A DNA stretch of 63,952 nt, counting the filler, from Collodictyon triciliatum (lineage: Eukaryota), in assembly GCA_043381765.1 (NCBI GenBank). It is 5 parts of 5 records of this genome, joined end to end, with 100 filler letters (N's around TTAATTAATTAA, not from the genome) between each part and the next. Parts side by side here need not be neighbours in the genome. Positions count along the whole stretch, not along the records: positions 55,798 to 63,952 come from JBHJMP010002010.1; 4 more parts are not named here. One strand, 5' to 3'. The notes beneath the pieces were generated by a model. The model worked only from the letters and a program-made list of their open reading frames with translations, was not told the DNA's origin and searched no databases. The translations under genes were made by a program, and so were the position numbers. Shown one piece after another: positions 61,037-63,952 of this stretch (position 1 is its first letter; each line of letters opens with the position of its first letter).

Positions 61037-63857
61037 TTAGACCGACAGCGAACCGTCCCGAAAGTCTGTGCGGCCGATAAGCGCATTCACCACGACGGGG
61101 TGGCCGTTTGCTGCGAGGCTTTGCGCGTGGTTGAGTGCTGTTTGGATGTGCTCTGTGCTTGGTGTCTTGATGCAGATGCCTTTGGCTCCGAGACCCTCCG
61201 CAGACTTTTCGTACTCGGTGTAGACAAGCGGACATGCGACGTCATCTTTGAACATGGGCACCTGTGCTCAAAATATCATTCAATCACTCAATCATTCAAT
61301 CATTCAATCATTCAATCATTCAATCATTCAATCATTCAATCATTTGCTCATACTTGTTCGCGCTCAATCTGAGTCCAGCACGCGTCATTCCCAATCAACG
61401 AAATGACAGGCACGTTATGGCGGATGAAAGTGTCGTACTCTATCAGCGAATAGCCGGCGGAGCCATCACCCCAAATCAACCAAACCTAAAGGAAGCGACA
61501 GGGAGTCACATATTTAAATTTGAAATATTTCGACAAATGACAATAATAAGCATGTTAAAATTTGTAAAATAATAAAATGATCGTAAGGAGGTAGAAAAAA
61601 ATATGAGTTCAGAGCCGACATGAAATATCCAGCAGGAAGAGAGAAACCTCGGCATCTGGTCTGCACAGTTTTGCCCCGAGTGCGAATCCAGCCCCAACAC
61701 CTAAAGTGCCAAAGGCACCCGGATCCAACTGGGCGGCGTCGATTTGATGGAGAAGCAGCGATAGTGCGATATGGAGAGGATTTGTGGAGAAAAATATCTA
61801 TAAGCAGATGAAAGCGAAACAGAAGAAAAAACAGAAGAAAAACAAAAGAAAAGACAAAAGAAAAGACAAAAGAAAAGACAAAAGAAAAGACAAAAGAAAA
61901 GACAAAAGAAAAGACAAAAGAAAAGACAAAAGAAAAGTGATAAAATAAATGAGCAAATGAAAATAAAGAGGAGTGATGGAGCAGACCCATGATAGCGGCC
62001 CGCGGGGACGAATAATGTAGGACATAGTGGCCACAAAATCACCGCCATCAGCCACAATTATTGAATTGGGAGACATCACACTCTCCAATGTCCCGCACAA
62101 GTGAAGCGGATTGATTAGCGGGTTTCCTTGCTCGCTACCTCGTCCAAGGGCCAATGCTGTTGCTTTCTGCATATTTGCAGCCTCCTTCAACTCCTCTGCT
62201 TTCTACAGGAATAGATATATAAGTTTTTGCATTTATTTGTTCATATATATATCTATCAATTAATGGAGCAAAATAAGACTACAACCCATAAAAAGATTTT
62301 GTAGTCATGCTTTTTCTTCGCCTGAGTACATTCAGATATGCAATAAACGAACCAATTATGTCATATTGCTTTTTCTATTCCTTTATTTTCTGGCAAGGAT
62401 ATACCTTCAACTCAGAAGTCCACTGAAGATGTTTTTCCAGTGGGGATTTGTGCAACACAGCAAGTTGAATAAGGAATGACTGTACCAACAATCAAAAACA
62501 AACAGTAAATGACACTATGGAATATAGCTTGCACATCCTCAATAAACTATTTCTTTTGGAAAATATTTTGTTTTGGCTTTTTTGTTGTAAAAAAGAAATT
62601 CTAGCAAGATACTTCATCATCTTGAAAGAGATAGGCTGATGAGAAATGCAATTGCGCAGGTGATTATGTTTAGATATACCCCAGGGTCCGCAAGGAGGGC
62701 AAGTGCGGGCTTCCAAAAGAGGTCCGCGTTGAGTGTCAGGTCTCTGTCCGAGCGATTCACGGCAACAATCGGACAGCTTTTATTGAAGGCTCGTCCATAG
62801 TCCAGACGGAAATCACAGACCGCACCGGCAAGAATCACAAGGTCAGCCTAGAGGGGATTTTGAGTTCTGTGGCGGGACAGAGCGGGATAGAAGTAGAACA
62901 TATTAGAGACCTTCCGTAGAGCAATGGCCCTGTTTTGGCGAATATGATAAGGATGGTTGCGGCCCATCAATCCTCTCGCCATTCCGCCCAGAAAAACGGG
63001 AACACCGAATCCTGTAAGGGAGTTATGAAGAACATCTATTCTTTGGGATGACAATGTTGCCTAATTGAGAAATCTCTAATCAATTAAAGCCATTACAAAT
63101 TGATGCACTCCATTAAAAGTTTTCAAAACAGAAAAGAAACCTGACTTCCTACGAGGATGACGGGTCGAGATGCCGACTAGGTTGGGTGTTTTTTTTTTTT
63201 TTATCCAAATATGTGCCAAATGCATTAAGAATTAATTTATTCCAATAAAATGTTCAAATGACCAAAAATAGCAAGTAAATACGAGCGAGGATATTTTCAT
63301 GGCAGATTATCACTATATGATTTCGTGTGATTTGTCTGTTGGTCAGTCTTTCGGATATAATTACACCGGAATAAAAATTTACTCGAAGCATCTGTGCAAC
63401 TCTTTTCACATCGGAAATGGATGGCATCGGGACCGATGTGGGTAATGGTGATGGATCGACAGGCTCCCAGGCGCCAGCAAAGAGTGTGGCGAGCTTGAAC
63501 TTCATAAACATCTCCATTACCCTACAATATATAGTGAATTTACACTGTTACAAACAAAACAAAAAAATCAAAGGCCTCTATGAGGATATGCTCTATATTC
63601 TTGAAAAGTTGGGAGATATAAACATTAATCAGAAGATGTATATTTCTGCTTTTTTTTTATATAAAAAATAATGAAGAGGAAGGGAATAAAAAAGAAAGTA
63701 AATCGAGTTGGTTGGTCCTTACTTGGGATTTTTCGGTTGGTCTAATTCAAGAAAGATGGTTGATTCGGGGTCCTTTTGAGCTATGTACTGCTGCTTTGTA
63801 AGAGATTTATTTTCCTCCGGAACAACAACATATCTGATGTCGTCTTTTTTAACTTCC
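61037..63857 (-). CDS. ILVBL: ILVBL/HACL2-like thiamine-diphosphate enzyme (2-hydroxyacyl-CoA lyase / acetolactate synthase-like); 5' part lies beyond the window
   Basis: [118 protein letters not shown] (TPP motif) and C-terminus [12 protein letters not shown], all close to ILVBL as I recall it. Confidence 0.92.
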
Positions 63858-63952
63858 TATGAAACATGATAGTAATACAATGGCAAAAAAAAAAAAAAAA
63901 AAACTCAAACAAAAAAAACAAAACAAAATAAAAAGAAAAAAAACTTAAGGGG

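Overview
Intron-rich, AT-rich nuclear DNA of a unicellular eukaryote, probably flagellated (it has an MKS1 transition-zone gene). The taxon cannot be determined from the sequence. The standard genetic code fits: TAA, TAG and TGA all end genes, and I found no in-frame stops in the spliced models I traced. Introns are GT-AG, with at least one GC-AG. The window is not one locus. It is five contigs joined by identical 100-bp linkers (44 N + TTAATTAATTAA + 44 N), and the first four are each about 13.85 kb, so adjacency across linkers means nothing. Contig 1: HMG-box factor, MKS1, EF-hand/TSNAXIP1-like protein. Contig 2: catalytically dead calpain with three domain-III repeats, bacterial-type (class II) HMG-CoA reductase, RpiB, U2B''/U1A (SNF-like). 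Contig 3: CHD6-9-type remodeller plus an unexplained downstream coding region. Contig 4: calponin-homology protein, a hypothetical gene and decayed retroelement-like fragments. Contig 5: intronless small HSP with heat-shock elements, SCP2-type thiolase ending in SSL, ILVBL/HACL2-like enzyme. Gene models were spliced by eye; most six-frame ORFs listed are intron read-through or microsatellite artefacts. I did not find a clearly new multi-gene system. The best leads are the class II HMGR, the pseudo-calpain with a stop-free GC-AG intron, an unclassified retroelement family and a duplicated 'poison' splice acceptor in the CHD gene.
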